This document shows positions 1 through 13,000 of a DNA stretch of 64,000 bases, one piece after another. A program made the position numbers and the translations under genes. The notes under the pieces are model-generated. The model saw nothing but the letters and a program-made list of their open reading frames with translations. It was not told the DNA's origin and ran no database searches. Positions within the stretch are counted from its first letter, which is position 1; each line of letters starts with the position of its first letter. This stretch comes from Emiliania huxleyi CCMP1516 (Eukaryota). The DNA lies in assembly GCF_000372725.1 (NCBI RefSeq), contig NW_005201192.1:942758-1006757 (forward strand), given 5' to 3'.

Positions 1-129
1 CCTGCGGGGAGGGGAGAGCGGGGAACGATACGTAAGGGGGGGGGACATGGGGTGAGAAGCAGCATGAAGGAGAAAACGCCTCGTCATCAAGCACAGCGCC
101 GCAGCGGCAGCAATACACCGCAAGACTTG

Positions 130-2072
130 ACCCACCTGCACCGCCGCCCTCGGCGGCCGCCGCATCCTCTACCGCAACCGCGGCGGGCTCAGCTACCGCC
201 ACCGCCGCCGCCGCCGCAATCGTCGCCGCCGCTTTGCTTGGCGCCACCGTCGCCGCTGCTTTGCTTGGCGCCGCCGCCGCTTTGCTTGGTGGCCTTCGAG
301 ACGCGGCCGAAGCCGAACGGCTCGGTTGACGCACTCTGCGCGCGAGGCGGAGCACGGCATCAGCGGTTGCGTCGTACGGAGGAACGCCTACGGCAGAAGT
401 CCAGAGACGTTCGGGAGGGCCCCTCTGCGCCGGCGAACCCCGTGGCGGCGAGATGCCGACGCCGAGCCGCGCAGCCAGCTGGGTCAGCACCTATGGGCGC
501 GCAAGGGAGCGCGTCCAAGTCTGCTGTGAAGCAGGGAAGGGACGGAGTGGAGGGAAGCGGGCACGTAGTCTGCGCGGCCGCGCACGACGAGCTCCGCGAC
601 GCGGTCCTAACGATCGCGTCTCCTTGCTTGCTTCCCTCTCCTCTCGGCCTCCCGGAGACGCGCAGCGGCGCGATCCTTCGGAGTCGGCTGCAAGTTGATG
701 ATTGCGAAACGCTTGCGCCCGCGCCCCGGCTGCTGCCAGATGTACTTGTAGTGCTGCAGCACCTGCAGGGCATGTCCAAGCGGAGTCCGCACTCTGCCGC
801 CAAGTGCGACTCTTGCCGCGCTGCGGCACCTTGAGCGAAGAACCAACGAAGAGCGACACGTCGGCGCGACCCGCGGCCTCTTGCGCCGACTCGAGCTGCG
901 TCTGGCGGTGACAGGCGGGGGAAAGGTGAGGAGGTACGCCCACCCTCGCAGCTCGCCGAATGTGCGGGTACGCGCGTCGCGCCTCGTCGATCTTCTCCCC
1001 AAAGTAGACGATTGTGTCGTGCAGTGGCGCGCGGCAGCTGCTGTCGTCACATTTGCGCATCGTGGTGTGCCGCCGGTATGAAGACGCCTCTGTCACGTCG
1101 AAACCACGCAGAAACTCGCGGCCACACGCGCGGCATCGCTCGCGAAAGACGTTGCCGTGCAACTCCGTCAGCGCCGACGGCGGCACCTGTCCACACAGCG
1201 CGCGAAGGTCTGCCGTAGCAGGAGCTGCTGCTGCTCGCGCTACTCCTACTACCGTGAGTTGCACCGTGAAGCGAGGCATGTGAGTTGACGCTGGCTGCAG
1301 GAGTCCAGGACTACAGCTGTCGCCAGGCGGCACTGCTACAGTGACGTTATACTACTGCTGCACCCCCGAGCGCATGTGCAGGCCGTCGATGTTTTGAGAG
1401 ACGACAGCGGCGACGCGGCCTGATAGCGCGGTCATGAAACGGCAGCTTGAAGAGCGGTGCGTGTGGCAACGTTGGGCGCCACGTGCGGCGAAGTTGCTGC
1501 GCAGGCCGTCGGCGCCGTGGGAGTAAGGCGGGGACTGAGTGAGGGCTTCGAGTCGCACCGGCGCGCACGAGGGCAGCGAGCGCCATGTGGCCCTCGGTTG
1601 GCGTGACGCCGAGCTTGTCGACGCCGCCGGCGCGAGAGCCGCTGGAGAGGGAGCCGGCCTTGCCCGCGGGCGCCTTTTTCTGCTGCGTCCATATCCCCTG
1701 CGGCCCGCGGTAGTCGGGGATGTTGGCGGCAGTCGAGATCCCAGCGCCGGTGTACACAACCACGTGACGCGCTCCAGCCAGCATCTCGCTCAGCGCGTCG
1801 ATCTTGCCGCGGAGGACTTCGGCGTCGTCCTCCGTTTCCACCATGCTCGCCGCCTCGGCCGCCTTGCGCGCTGCAGTCCGCTCCTGCGCTGCCTGCAGCC
1901 GGCGCGCCTCCTCTGGCCGCGCCTCCAGCAGCGCGAGGTCGGCGGCGGTGCGCTCGTCGACTGGCGTGCGGAGCGCGGCCTTGAGCCGACGCTCCACCTC
2001 CCGCTCCTCCGCCGCAGCCCTGGACTGCGCCGCGCGCTCCAGCTTGGCCGAGTCCCGCTGGGAGAGCGCCAT
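130..2072 (-). CDS. NAD-dependent deacylase, sirtuin class IV (SIRT6/SIRT7-like), multi-exon; 3' end approximate
   Basis: Motifs across exons: VVYTGAGISTAANIPDYRGPQGIWT, PTEGHMAL, VVSQNIDGLHMRSG, ELHGNVFRERCRAC, LHDTIVYFGE, FVGSSLKVL, IINLQPTPKD. ATG at 2072. Confidence 0.9.
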
Positions 2073-2172
2073 CGGGGGCCTGTGCTCGTAGGCACGGCCT
2101 GTGCGATACGGCGGCGCCTGGCCAACTTGGAAGGCGGCGAATAAAATTATTCGAGGTCCCCTCTAAGCCCTC

Positions 2173-2492
2173 AGACAAGATATGTAAGATGCGCCCTCCC
2201 CCCTCGCTTTTGCAAAATCCTGCAAAGGTGGGGACGTGTCTGTCCTCGACCCAGCCCTAGCTTGGGATGTCCGTTGTATTTATTTATTTATTTATAGACA
2301 AGATATGTGGCACGAAGGTTGAAGCGAGAATCGGAGAGAGACTGCGAAGAGAGATAGGAAGAGGCGGACGCCCAAGGGTGGGCGACGGCTAGCGCACCAC
2401 ACCCCTCTCCTTAAAATCCCTGTGTGGTGGCGGCGTGCCGTCCTCCCATCCCTCCCTTGGGCGTCCGTTTTCTTTCTTTAGACAAGATATGT
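2173..2492 (+). mobile_element. Two tandem retroelement 3'-end fragments separated and flanked by AGACAAGATATGT (probable 13-bp TSD)
   Basis: 13-mer at 2173, 2296 and 2480. Both spacers end GTCCGTT plus an (ATTT)n or (CTTT)n tail. Spacer 2 matches ~20520-20710 and spacer 1 resembles ~30350-30470, both on the opposite strand. Confidence 0.7.
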
Positions 2493-3580
2493 GAGGGGGG
2501 CTGCGCAAATTCTGGGCACACGCGCAGATTCTGTCGACACGGGCGCGCCATGCCCAAGGCCTCGCGCCCTCGCCGTCGAAGGCGCCGCTGCCGAGGAAGC
2601 CGAAGAAGCCGAAGGACGTGAAGGACGTGGCCTTGAACACGATGCGCCTCGCCTTGGAAGGCGGCGAATGAAAAATATTTTCGTCGGCACGAGGGAGCTT
2701 ACCAGTGATCCAAGCTCCCTCACGCGCTCCACCCGCGATCCGCACCTGTGACCACAAGCACAACCCATAACACTGTGAATTTGTGTGAGCTCTGTGTCCT
2801 GACTTGCTAATAATCGCGAGGTGGGGTGCTACTCGAGTAGTCTGGGACCCATACGTGGCAGTTCCCTTGCTCCAAGCGCTTGCGCTTCGGCGGTAGTGAT
2901 CTAATCACCCGAATACCACGTTCGGATCGCTCCTCATCGCAAACCCTGTCAGCAGTTCATGGGCTCGCGCTCATCCAGCAGCAGGTGGGGCCGGCGGTAG
3001 CGCGGCACGATGCGAGCGAACAGGCCCTGCACGACCTCACGTTCCAGGACGTCATTCAGGCAGTGCGCTCGTTGGCCACGCTTGCCCCATCCGACATCTT
3101 GCCTGCACCAGCCGAGCACAAAAAGGGCGAGAGGCGGGCTCTCGTGGACGCCGAGCAGGTGAATGAGTTGTAGCGTGTGTGGAGCCGCAACACAGGCACA
3201 TTTCTACGTCACGGTATGCGTCTCAGTAGACCGCAGGGTCCCTTCTGTAGCCGAAGGCGAAGCGTAGCCTTGTTGCTTTGACCGTCTCGTTCTAGTTTTC
3301 TTTTTTCCAAGACACAAAGCCCGAGAGTGCCCCCCCGCACATGCACATGCAACGGTGACTCGCCACAGCCCACACACTCGCGTACAAACATGCACACACT
3401 CTATATGACTCGTGTGTACGCGTGTGACTCGTAGACCCATATGGCGCCATGCTGCATGCACGACACACAGACAAAATACACCAGAGACATGCCGTAACCC
3501 ACGGTCAGCGTCAGGATGGGCGACTTCAGCGGCAGCGAGCCGTCACTCTAGTGCCCTCGCTGCGCTGCTCCACTCGTCCG

Positions 3581-6500
3581 CTACACAATATTGGTCGAAG
3601 GCTGATGCGCGCCTCCCGTGCGCGAGCCGTCGCGTGTCTCGCTTGCGGATGACTTCCGCGTGGCGGCCTTATCCTCGGCGCTGCTGTCGTCAAATGTGCC
3701 CCACGCCAGCGGCGGCATCTCGAGCGCCGACTCATCCAATCTCGAAGCGACGGCCAAGCCAGCCGGAATACCGACGAGGGTGGCAAGAGTGAGAAGAAAG
3801 TAGGGGGGTCTGATGCCGGCGGAGAGGGTGAGGCATGTGGGCGGATCGACCAGCTCAGCAAAATGCGCCTACTCAACAGGCTGAATGATTGGAAACGCGG
3901 TCCGACGGCATGTGGTCGGCGGCTCGGGCCGCTCGAATGGCGCCTCGGCGACGGCGCCAACAGTGTCGCAGAGGCCGTGCGAGATTTCCCCCACGATCTG
4001 CTGCGCAATGGCGTCGAGCTGGGACGAGGGGGGGGGGGGGGGGGTCCACGCTTAGTGGGCGGAAGGGGTGATGGGAGGGGTTCGACGAGGGAGCTTGCAG
4101 GAACCCGCACCTGCACGATTGAGAGGATCATGCAAACCACGTAGACCTCGAGTGCACCGAGGGAGGAGCACACCTAGTTTGACCGGCCGCCTCAGAGGCC
4201 GCCGAGAGGGCCCAGGCGGTATATGCGGACGGAGCTGCGGGAGGGGCGGCACATTGAGCATAAAGCCAGCGGCGTGGCGCGACGACGGCGAAAGCGGCAC
4301 GAACCAGGCGAGCAAGCAGCCAAAGTACCAGGCAAGAGGGGCGACCATGATAACGAGGAAGTAGATGACGCGGTACCTGGAGGGAAGCTCGGGGCGGCTC
4401 AGCCAGGCCAAAGAGACGAGAGGAGAGACGGGGCGGCACCCTTCCATCAGCCAGTCGGGCGATGATGGCGAGGCGTGGCGGAGCTGGACGCCACTCTCGA
4501 TCACAGAGTACTCGTCGGAGCTCTCCCCGCCGAGTGCCACGCCGAGAAGCCCCCCCTTGGAGAGGCGGAATACGGGGAGGAAGCAGGCGCCGAGCGTTGC
4601 GCAAAAGGCAAAGATCAGTGACAGGCTCACCACGATGCCAAAGCGTTCGCCGGAGCGATGGCGGAGCGCGACGCTTGGGATTGGTGGCGCAGCAGCCTCG
4701 GTGCCAGGCCGTACGGCGGCCTTCCTCTTCCCCTGGCCCGCCCTCGTCGCCTCGCGAGGCGGGCGCGCGCACGGGTGTTGCGGCGGCAGGCACACTGTCT
4801 TGTGCATGTGGAAGACGAGGGCGGTGAGGAGCAGGGAGGCGAGGACAGCGAGGAAGAAATAGGTGATGCCCTCTGTCGGCATAACCTCGACCGAGACGGT
4901 CGCCAACGGGAGCGCGCCCGGTTCGGGAGCGGGCGGTAACGTGAAGTCCATCTGCATCGCCGCCATCAGAATGAAGATCATCAACGAATCGACGTTTGAC
5001 CACTTGCCCATCTTCTCAAAGAAGCCGAGCAGGGCGCCCCGCCTCCCCGCCGGGAGAACACAAGGCGGTGCCCACAAGCAAAAGAGCGTAGTCGAGAGCT
5101 TCACGGCAGGCCAAATGCCTACACACACGGAAGGTTGCGCAGCGGCACGTCACGGACGTGGTTGCCGAGCTTCGGAGCTAGGGCGCTGGTCGGGCGCGCC
5201 CGAGAAGACCACGATGAGGGCCGAGATGAGGTAGCCCATCCCGCCCGTCTGCCAGAAGCGGATCACCTACCGCGATCGATGGAGGCTGTGCCATGCTACG
5301 CAGCAACGCAGACGGTCCACCAGAGGCGCGTCACCGAGGAGGGGAGCCCAATGCCAAACACGTCGAGCGGCGGCAGCGGTGCCCCCGCCACCGAGACCGT
5401 CGCACGCACCATGGCGCCATCGAGCACGGGCGCGTTGGCATACGAGAAGAGGAGGAGGTTCAACACGAGCAAGAGCGAGAGCGGCCACGTCAGCGAACGG
5501 GGGTAGTGCGACGCGATGGGGAAGGCGCCACCATCCGCCGCCGCTCCGCGCCGCGGGACGCAGCAGAAGCGCGGACAGGCGAGGTGACCGCCGATCACGA
5601 GGGCGCTGATGCCGTAGGCGGCCCCGTAGACAGTGCACGAGAGCAGCGTCTCGAGCCCGCTCATACCGGTGCCGGTGGTGGTGGTTGCGGCAGCGGGAGG
5701 CACCCCCACCCTAGGCGCCGCGCAGGCCTCATGCGCCGCGTCGACGGTCGAGGCAAGCGCCTCATTGAGCGCGCCGAGGGTGCCCGGCAGGACCGCGGAC
5801 AGCAGGGAGCCGAGAAAGCCAGCCGTCAGCACGGCGGGCTCGGTGCCGTTGATGGGGGCGATCGCAAGCTCAAAGCTAGGGGGAGAGGGAGAGCTCGTCT
5901 CAGCGTCTCTACCTTCGGCTCTCTACCCCTCTCATGTCTTTCTTGGTGTCTCTCGTGTATCCGGCAAGACTCCGGGAGGGTTGTCGAGGCTGCTGCGACC
6001 ACAAGGGTGATACATGGGCAGAGACCGCACACCTCGAGGCGCCGCCATCAAGTGCATCGAGGCGCGCTCCGCGCAGGGGTGTCAGCACGCAGGGTGAGGC
6101 GAGGTCGGCGATCGAGAGGGCGCCGAGCGCGCCGGCCGCGAGCCGTAGCTGCTGCACGGCCTCAGCAGTGACCGCAGCGGCCGTCAGGTTGACCGTCCAG
6201 CCCACCGTCCGACCTATAGCAACCACGTCGCGCTCACAGCACAACGAGCCATGCAGTTGGCCTCGGTTCGCCCCTTGCTTTGACCCAGGAGCGAGATGCT
6301 CAATGCCATCGAGAGCGAGAGCGGCTCGCTGGTGGCCACTGCAGCACGCGCCTTTGTAGCGTAGAGCGCGGTACCACCGCTGAACGGGTCGACACCGTCG
6401 CTGGCCTCGCACTCCGCCGCAAGAAAGGAGAGCTCCGAGGCGGCTGCGACGCCCGATAGCCGGAGGTCGGAAAGGCCGAGCTGGAGGGGCGCTGGCGTCG

Positions 6501-8611
6501 CGAGCGGCGCAACCAGCGAGAGCGAAGCAATCTCGCCCACGGCCAACTCGTCCACGCCGAGCGCGCGCAGCGCCAAGTTGGCGCGGGCTGCCTCGGTCGC
6601 CGCGCTGTCGTCCGCGACGGTGGTGGCGGCCGCGAACGCTGCCTGCCGCTCGGTCTCATTCGCCCAGCCAGAGCCGGCTTGCACGAGAGCCGCCCGCCCC
6701 CCAACCGTGTGGCGGCGACCAGTACCCGTGTCGTCTTCCCCGGCACCCTCGCGGCCGCCCGCACCGCCCTGCGAGCGCCATAGCCCGCTCGCCTTGGTGC
6801 CCGCACCGCCGTCGCCGCCATCGGCCAGAGAGGCCGGCGGGGATGAGGTGGCACAGGTTTCGTGGTCGGCGCGTGTGATGAATGCCTCGAGCGCCTCGAG
6901 CGCCAAGCCGCTGACAAAAGCGTCGAGGGCGTCCTTGATCGCGCCAGGGGCGGAGGAGCCAATAGCGAAGTCCAAGGCGTGGCTGGTGGCGGCTAGTACC
7001 GCCGAACCGAGCACGTCGCCGCCGTCACTGGGCACGGCGGCATAACGGAGCCGCAAACGCGCAGGTGAGGCTGCCAGCGAGACGTGGCGAGGGGCGACGC
7101 CGAGAGCGGCTAGGGCGCACTCGGGCCGCGCCGCCGCTGTCTGGAGGCTGGTGACTGCGAGGGCCTGCGCGCTCGGGTCCAGCGCGAGGATCGCCTCCGC
7201 GTGCGCGCCCTCCAGGCTGGCTTCGATCTCCACCTCCTGGTCGAGGCCCGGTGGGCGGCAGCAATAGGCGAAGCAGGCTGTGCCGTCGTTCTCCGCGACC
7301 TGCTGCCCTTCCTGCGGCGATGCGGTGGGGCAAGCCCACCTGCTCGTCCAACCGCAGTCACACGCGTCTACCTCGCCTCGCCACTGGCGGTCGGTCGGCA
7401 TCGGCGGCGTGACTGTCAGCCATGCGCGGGCTCGCAGCGAGAGCGGACCGAGAGTGGCGGAGGCGAGGATGGAGCGCTCCCCCTCCAGCGTGAGGGACAG
7501 CGCCTCGACAGAGTCTAGGCCGGCCACGGAGAGAGCGGTCAGCTCGACGTCGGCCATCCCCAGCCCGCCGAGCTCGAGGGTCGGGAGCGCCGGCAGGAGC
7601 GCAACCGGCACAAACAGCTCGTCTGGTGGCTCGGTGGCGTTGAGGGCGGGCGGCGGCTGCATCGTGAGCACGGCGACAGCCTGCGCGACGTGGGAAGCAA
7701 AGGGCGCGTGCGGAGGAGGGGCGGAGAGGGAGAGGGTGTCGGCGAGGGAGGCGGAGGCGGACTGGAAATGGGAGCCAAGCTGCCGAGTGCCTCTCGGAAG
7801 AGTCTCGGAAGCGACTCACCCGCGCCACACGGGAGGCGGCCTCGGCGCCGAGGGAGGCGTTGGATAGCGTCGAGTTGAGCCAGGAGAGGGTGGCCGCGGC
7901 GGCGTTATCGCCACCGACGCTGTCACGGCCGAGCTCCGTCCAAATAAAACCGCCCGGTGGCTCTGCCCTCGCGAGCGGGCGGGCGGCCAGCGCTGCGACT
8001 TGGGACTCTTCGAATCGTGCGAGTGCGGGGCCAAGGTCAAGCGTGATGATCAGCGCAAGCTCGTCCTTAATCAGCGAGCTGAGCGTCTGCGAGAGCAGCT
8101 GCGTCGCCAAACCTGCCACGCCCGAGAGAGGGCCGAGAGACGCGATGTTTACTGTCAGCGCAGCTCCGACTTCGGACCGTTCGAGCTTGATGCCGGCGGG
8201 CAGGCCGCTCGAACCACGGGGGGAGAGCGCCAGCACGAAATCGGCCGTGAGCTTCTCGGCCGCTACCCTCATACCACTGAGCGGCGTGAGCGCAGCGAGC
8301 TGGCCGAGGGCGCCGACTGCCTTGTCGCTGAGCCGCACACGCAATGCGCCGTCAGCAGCCGGGCCGCGATTCACGTCGACGCGGCCAATAGAGCAGTGGA
8401 AGCCACCGTCGGCGATAGCAAGGCTGTAGCGAGGCGGCTGCTGCTGTGCAGACACCGCTGTCTGCATCCCGTCCACGCGCACGCCCCAGCACGCGACCTG
8501 CTCGAGGCTCAAGGTCACGGCGGACGGCACCTGCTCCCGCGTCTCGACCTGCAAGGTGACCTGGTCTGCGGTGAAGTGGGCGCCGTAGAGGAGCCGGGCG
8601 AGGGTGCCCAT
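3581..8611 (-). CDS. Large multi-exon membrane protein with repeated soluble N-terminal domains and a C-terminal tandem PqiA-like region
   Basis: PqiA-type motifs EKMGKWSNVDSLMIFILMAA and SSLGALEVYVVCMILSIVQ, many TM helices. N-terminal repeats such as LTALSVAGLDSVEALSL and LSDLRLSGVAAASELSF. Ends approximate. Confidence 0.65.
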
Positions 8612-9146
8612 CGACAAGAGCTGGCGCCAACCCACAAAACAGGAAAGCGACCGGCAGCAGCGGAGCAGCAAGGAGTCCGCCGCGCCTCGCCTCCGTGATA
8701 TGATTGTGTACTAGAGTTAGGCCCTTGAAGGGCCCCGCCCCCAATGGGGGCGGGGTTGAATGGGCTAGCGTTTGCGTGGCGTTGACATGAGCACGAAGTT
8801 GCTAATGTGGGTAGACGAACAAATAGTAGGGTTGAATTCGTCCACGTAAGGCTTGGGGAGTGCTTGGGGTGGCCTCAGGCATCCCCAATGGAGTCGCAGC
8901 GGTGCCCCAAAAGCAGCTTTTAGCGATTGTCGAACCTCGAAGCCTGTTCGTTTGAAGAAAGGCACACGGTAGAGCCGTACTATCGGGCCACCGGTGTCGG
9001 GTCACCAGTACTAAACAAAAATTCGACAGTTTGAGGGGTGAGAGCATGCAGTATTGTGGCATATCATGTCACATAAGGTCAAGCTTGACCGCAGAAGCAT
9101 CAAGAAGCGGATACTCCAGCTCGACTGTGCCGGCAACGCTGCCTCC

Positions 9147-9818
9147 TCACGCCGAACGCGAGCAGCAGATGGCCAAAGTGTGCCAGCGCGAGAGCCTCGC
9201 AAGCGGGCGCAGAAGAAGCTCGCCGTGACACGATGCCGGGCGGTGGTGGTGCTCTGGCGGCTGTGCACAGTGGGAAACGTCAGGCTGCAACAGGGCAGCA
9301 CGATGGTCGTGCCCCGCTGCAGCCTGGCCTGACATGCACAGGGCGAACAGAGACGGGACTATCGCCTGGCGCTCGTCTGGGCAAACTTTGACCGCCGCCC
9401 GGCTCGCAACGAGCACGCAGCGACAAAATGATGACCGTGTCGAAGTTGAGGCTGGTCGAGAGGAAGAGGCTGCCGTGCGAGCCGGCAATTGGCTGGCTCG
9501 GCGTGGACAGCCGGCGGCGACTTTTTGCCGAAGAGCGTGCCTGCCGAAGAGCGAGTCTGACTCAAAGTGCACGGAGTGGGCGCCGCCGACCGTCGGGAGG
9601 AGTCCGATGGGTGCCAGGACGATCCAGAGAGCGATGAAGGCGCAAATTGCGCCGCCGAAAGTGGCGGTAGAGGCCAGGCCGTGCGCGTGGGCCGGTCGGG
9701 CCACGTCCCGGGGCGAGCGATCGAGGGCCGCGGGGCTTGCCCCGTCGGCCGAGCGGTGCGAACGGCCGGTCGCCCGCTTCGGGTTGGACCCGCCGGGCGG
9801 TCCGGCGGCGGATTGCAT
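9147..9818 (-). CDS. Hypothetical protein with one hydrophobic segment; doubtful
   Basis: ORF with TM-like GGAICAFIALWIVLAPIGLL, divergent from the ABC gene; no family motif recognised. Confidence 0.2.
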   Translation of the reverse strand: MQSAAGPPGGSNPKRATGRSHRSADGASPAALDRSPRDVARPAHAHGLASTATFGGAICAFIALWIVLAPIGLLPTVGGAHSVHFESDSLFGRHALRQKVAAGCPRRASQLPARTAASSSRPASTSTRSSFCRCVLVASRAAVKVCPDERQAIVPSLFALCMSGQAAAGHDHRAALLQPDVSHCAQPPEHHHRPASCHGELLLRPLARLSRWHTLAICCSRSA

Positions 9819-10074
9819 GGCCGGGCGGGCCTCCGGGAGGCAGGCGGGGCCGTGACAGGGGCAGGGCAGAAAATCCCATTCGGAGAGCGTGTGGCGCGAC
9901 CCGGTTGCTACTTTCAATGATAGGGATTTCTCGTCGATTACGTAGTGTGCAACATAATGTGCGCGTAGCCGGCCTGCAGAGGTGTGCGTGGCACTCGGCT
10001 TTTTCTTCTTTCATTATGGCCATTTCGTGGCCGCTACCAGCTGCATCTCCCGACCGACTTCTCAGCCGAAAAGC

Positions 10075-13000
10075 ATGTGCAACGCTGCCCACCTCCCAAG
10101 CAAAGGCCAAGGCAGCGACAGCAAAGGCAGCGGCGCGCCGAAGTGGCAGCGCAATGCGAGCCTGCGGCAGCTCTACCGCTTCGCCTCAAAGACAGATCGC
10201 TGGCAGATGGTGGCGGGCGTTTCCGCTGTGGTTGTCTCTGGAGCAAACCAGCCGCTGCAGCTCGTCGTCTTTGGACAGCTCCTCGACTCGTTCAACCTTA
10301 CCGACAAAAGTGAGGTTCAGAGACAGATCTTCTTCCTCGCAGGCATGTACGCGGCCCTCGGCGTCCAGCAGCTCATCACCATATCCATCCAGACGGCGTG
10401 CTTCACCGCGGTCGCGGCGAGGCAGAGCCTCCGCATGCGCGCCGCGTACTTTGCGGCGCTCGCCCGCCGCCCCCTCTCCTTTTTCGACGGCGCGGATGCG
10501 GGCGGGCTAGCCTCGTCTGTGCTCGAGAAGACCACCGCGGTGCAGGCGGGCCTGGGCGACGACCTGGCGCAGCTTCTCCAGCGTCTCGTAGCCTTCGTCA
10601 CCGGCCTTGCCTGCGCCCTCTACTTCAGCTGGCAGCTCGCGCTGGTCTCGACGGCAGCCGTGCCCCTGCTCGCCCTCTGCGTCAAGTGCGCGAGCGGCGC
10701 CTACTCGCGCGCTACAGCCGAGTCGGCGCTGCTGCTCGACCAGGCCACCTCGACGCCGCTGGAGGCGGTCTCTGCCGTCCGCACTGTCCAGGCGTACGGC
10801 CTGCAGCGGCGCTTCCTCGCACGATACGCCGAGCTGGCGACCGCGGCAGCCGCGCAAGGCAAGCGGCTCGGCCGTGCCAAGGCGGCGCTGGAGGCGACGA
10901 TCGCGCCAATCATGTTTTTGATGTTTGGGTCGGCGCTCTGGTTCGGATCAAAGCTGGTGAGCGACGACATGGAGGCGCACGAATATTGCCGCTTCGTCTC
11001 GGAGAGCGGCGAGCTGCAAGATCCGGACGGGGGCCGTTGCGAGACGGGCGGCGATATCATGACCGCATTCCTCAGCGTCCTGTTTGGCTTTCTCGGGCTG
11101 CTCCAGGCGCTCCCCTCCCTCGCCACCCTCGCCGCTGCCCGCACGGCAGCCGCCGCCATCCTCGACGTGATCGACGCGCCGCCCGACCCCACCGACGCCC
11201 TCGCCGGCACGGGCGCCGTGCCGCCGTCGGGGCGCGCCGCCGGCCGGATCGAGCTCGTCGAGGTGAGCTTCGCGTACCCGGCGCGGCGCGACGTGCAGGT
11301 GTACCAGGGCCTCTCGCTCACGATCGAGCCGGGCGCCACGGTCGCGCTCGCCGGCCCGTCGGGGTGCGGGAAGTCGACCCTCGTCGCGCTGCTCGAGCGG
11401 TGGTACGACGTCGACGGCGGCCGCGTCGTGCTCGACGGCGCCGACGTGCGCTCGCTGTCTGTCCGGTGGCTGCGCTCGCAGATCGGGCTGGTGAGCCAGG
11501 AGCCGGTGCTCTTCAACGGTACGATCGCGTACAACATCGGCCTCGGCGCGGCGGCGGCCGGCGAGGGCGGCGGCGAGGGCGGCGGCGAGGCGGCGGCGGC
11601 GGCGGTCGAGGTTGCGGCGCGCCAGGCCAACGCGCACGCCTTTGTGTCGGCGATGCCGGACGGCTACGCGACCGAGGTTGGCGACAAGGGCGTGCAGCTG
11701 TCGGGCGGGCAGAAGCAGCGGATCGCCATCGCGCGCGCGCTGGTGCGCGACCCGCCGATCCTGGTGCTCGACGAGGCGACGTCGGCGCTCGACGCCGAGT
11801 CGGAGCGCATCGTGCAGGCCGCGCTCGACGAGCTGCTACGCGCGCAGCGCCGCACGACCATCGTGATTGCGCACCGGCTGAGCACGATCCGCAACGCCGA
11901 CAAGATCGCGGTGGTGAGCGGCGGGCGGGTGGTGGAGGAGGGGCCGCACGACGAGCTCGTGGACCGCGAGGGCGGCATCTACCGGTCCCTCGTGCAGGCT
12001 CAGCTCGGCGCTGACAGCGGCGCTAGGCCACCATCACCGCCCCGGGCGCCCGCCTCTCCGCGTCGGCGCCGGCCGACCACCAGCGGCTCGGCCGAGTCAG
12101 AGGCGGAGGAGGCTGCTGAGCCCGGTGTGATCGCGCGCGCAGTCCAGTTTGCGGAGGCGGCCGCTGAGGTTGCCACGGGGGCTGCGGTTGGTGCTGCCGA
12201 CGTGATTGGCGCCGTCGACCTCGCCGCTGATTTCGACGACGCCGCCGACGCCGCTCAGATCGAGCCGTCGATCGGCGGCGGGCGGGCACGGCGGTGGCGG
12301 CGCGGCAAGCGGGCGGCTGGGATGCCGCGCAAGGGGGGCGAGGACGGGGGCAAGCGCGACAAGGCGGCCGCCGCAAAGCTGAGCAAGGAGGCGCGCAGCT
12401 GGTTGTGGCGGCAGACCAAGCCGGAGCTCGGCTTTTACCTGACGGGCCTGGTCGGCGCCGCCATCACTGGCCTCGCGATGCCCGCCGTCGGGTTTCTCAT
12501 GGCGCGCTTCATAGTCGTTTTCTACAACGTCGACGTCGACGAGATGCGGCGCGACGCGTTGTTGTGGGCGCGTGCCCCTTGCTGCATCGGGACGTCGCGG
12601 CGAGCCTAGCCTCGGCCATAACTCTGAGCATTCGGCGACAGGCGCTCGTCTTTCTCGGTATGGGAGCTGCGCAGTCGCTAGGAGCCGGCCTCCGCCAGGC
12701 GGGCGTTTGCGCCTCCGGCTCTCTCGCCCAGCTCGCCGCGCCGCCGCATCACACCCACGTCGACGCCCGTTTGCCGGCAGGTCTCCTTCTCCGTCATCAC
12801 CGAGCGGATGGTGCGCCGCATCCGCCTCGCCGCCTTTGAATCGATCCTGCGGCAGCCGATTGCTTTTTTCGACTCGTCCACGGTGAGCGCATTCGGCGTT
12901 TGGCGCTGCGGCGCCGGGGCGCACGCCCATGACGCGCTCGCGGTGGTGTCCATAGGAGCACACCGCGGGCGCCCTCGCCAATCAGCTCGCTGCCGACTGC

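Noticed and set aside
2173..2492. True CRISPR array
   Set aside because: Repeat only 13 bp, spacers long and unequal, no cas genes, eukaryotic context; a TSD explains it better.
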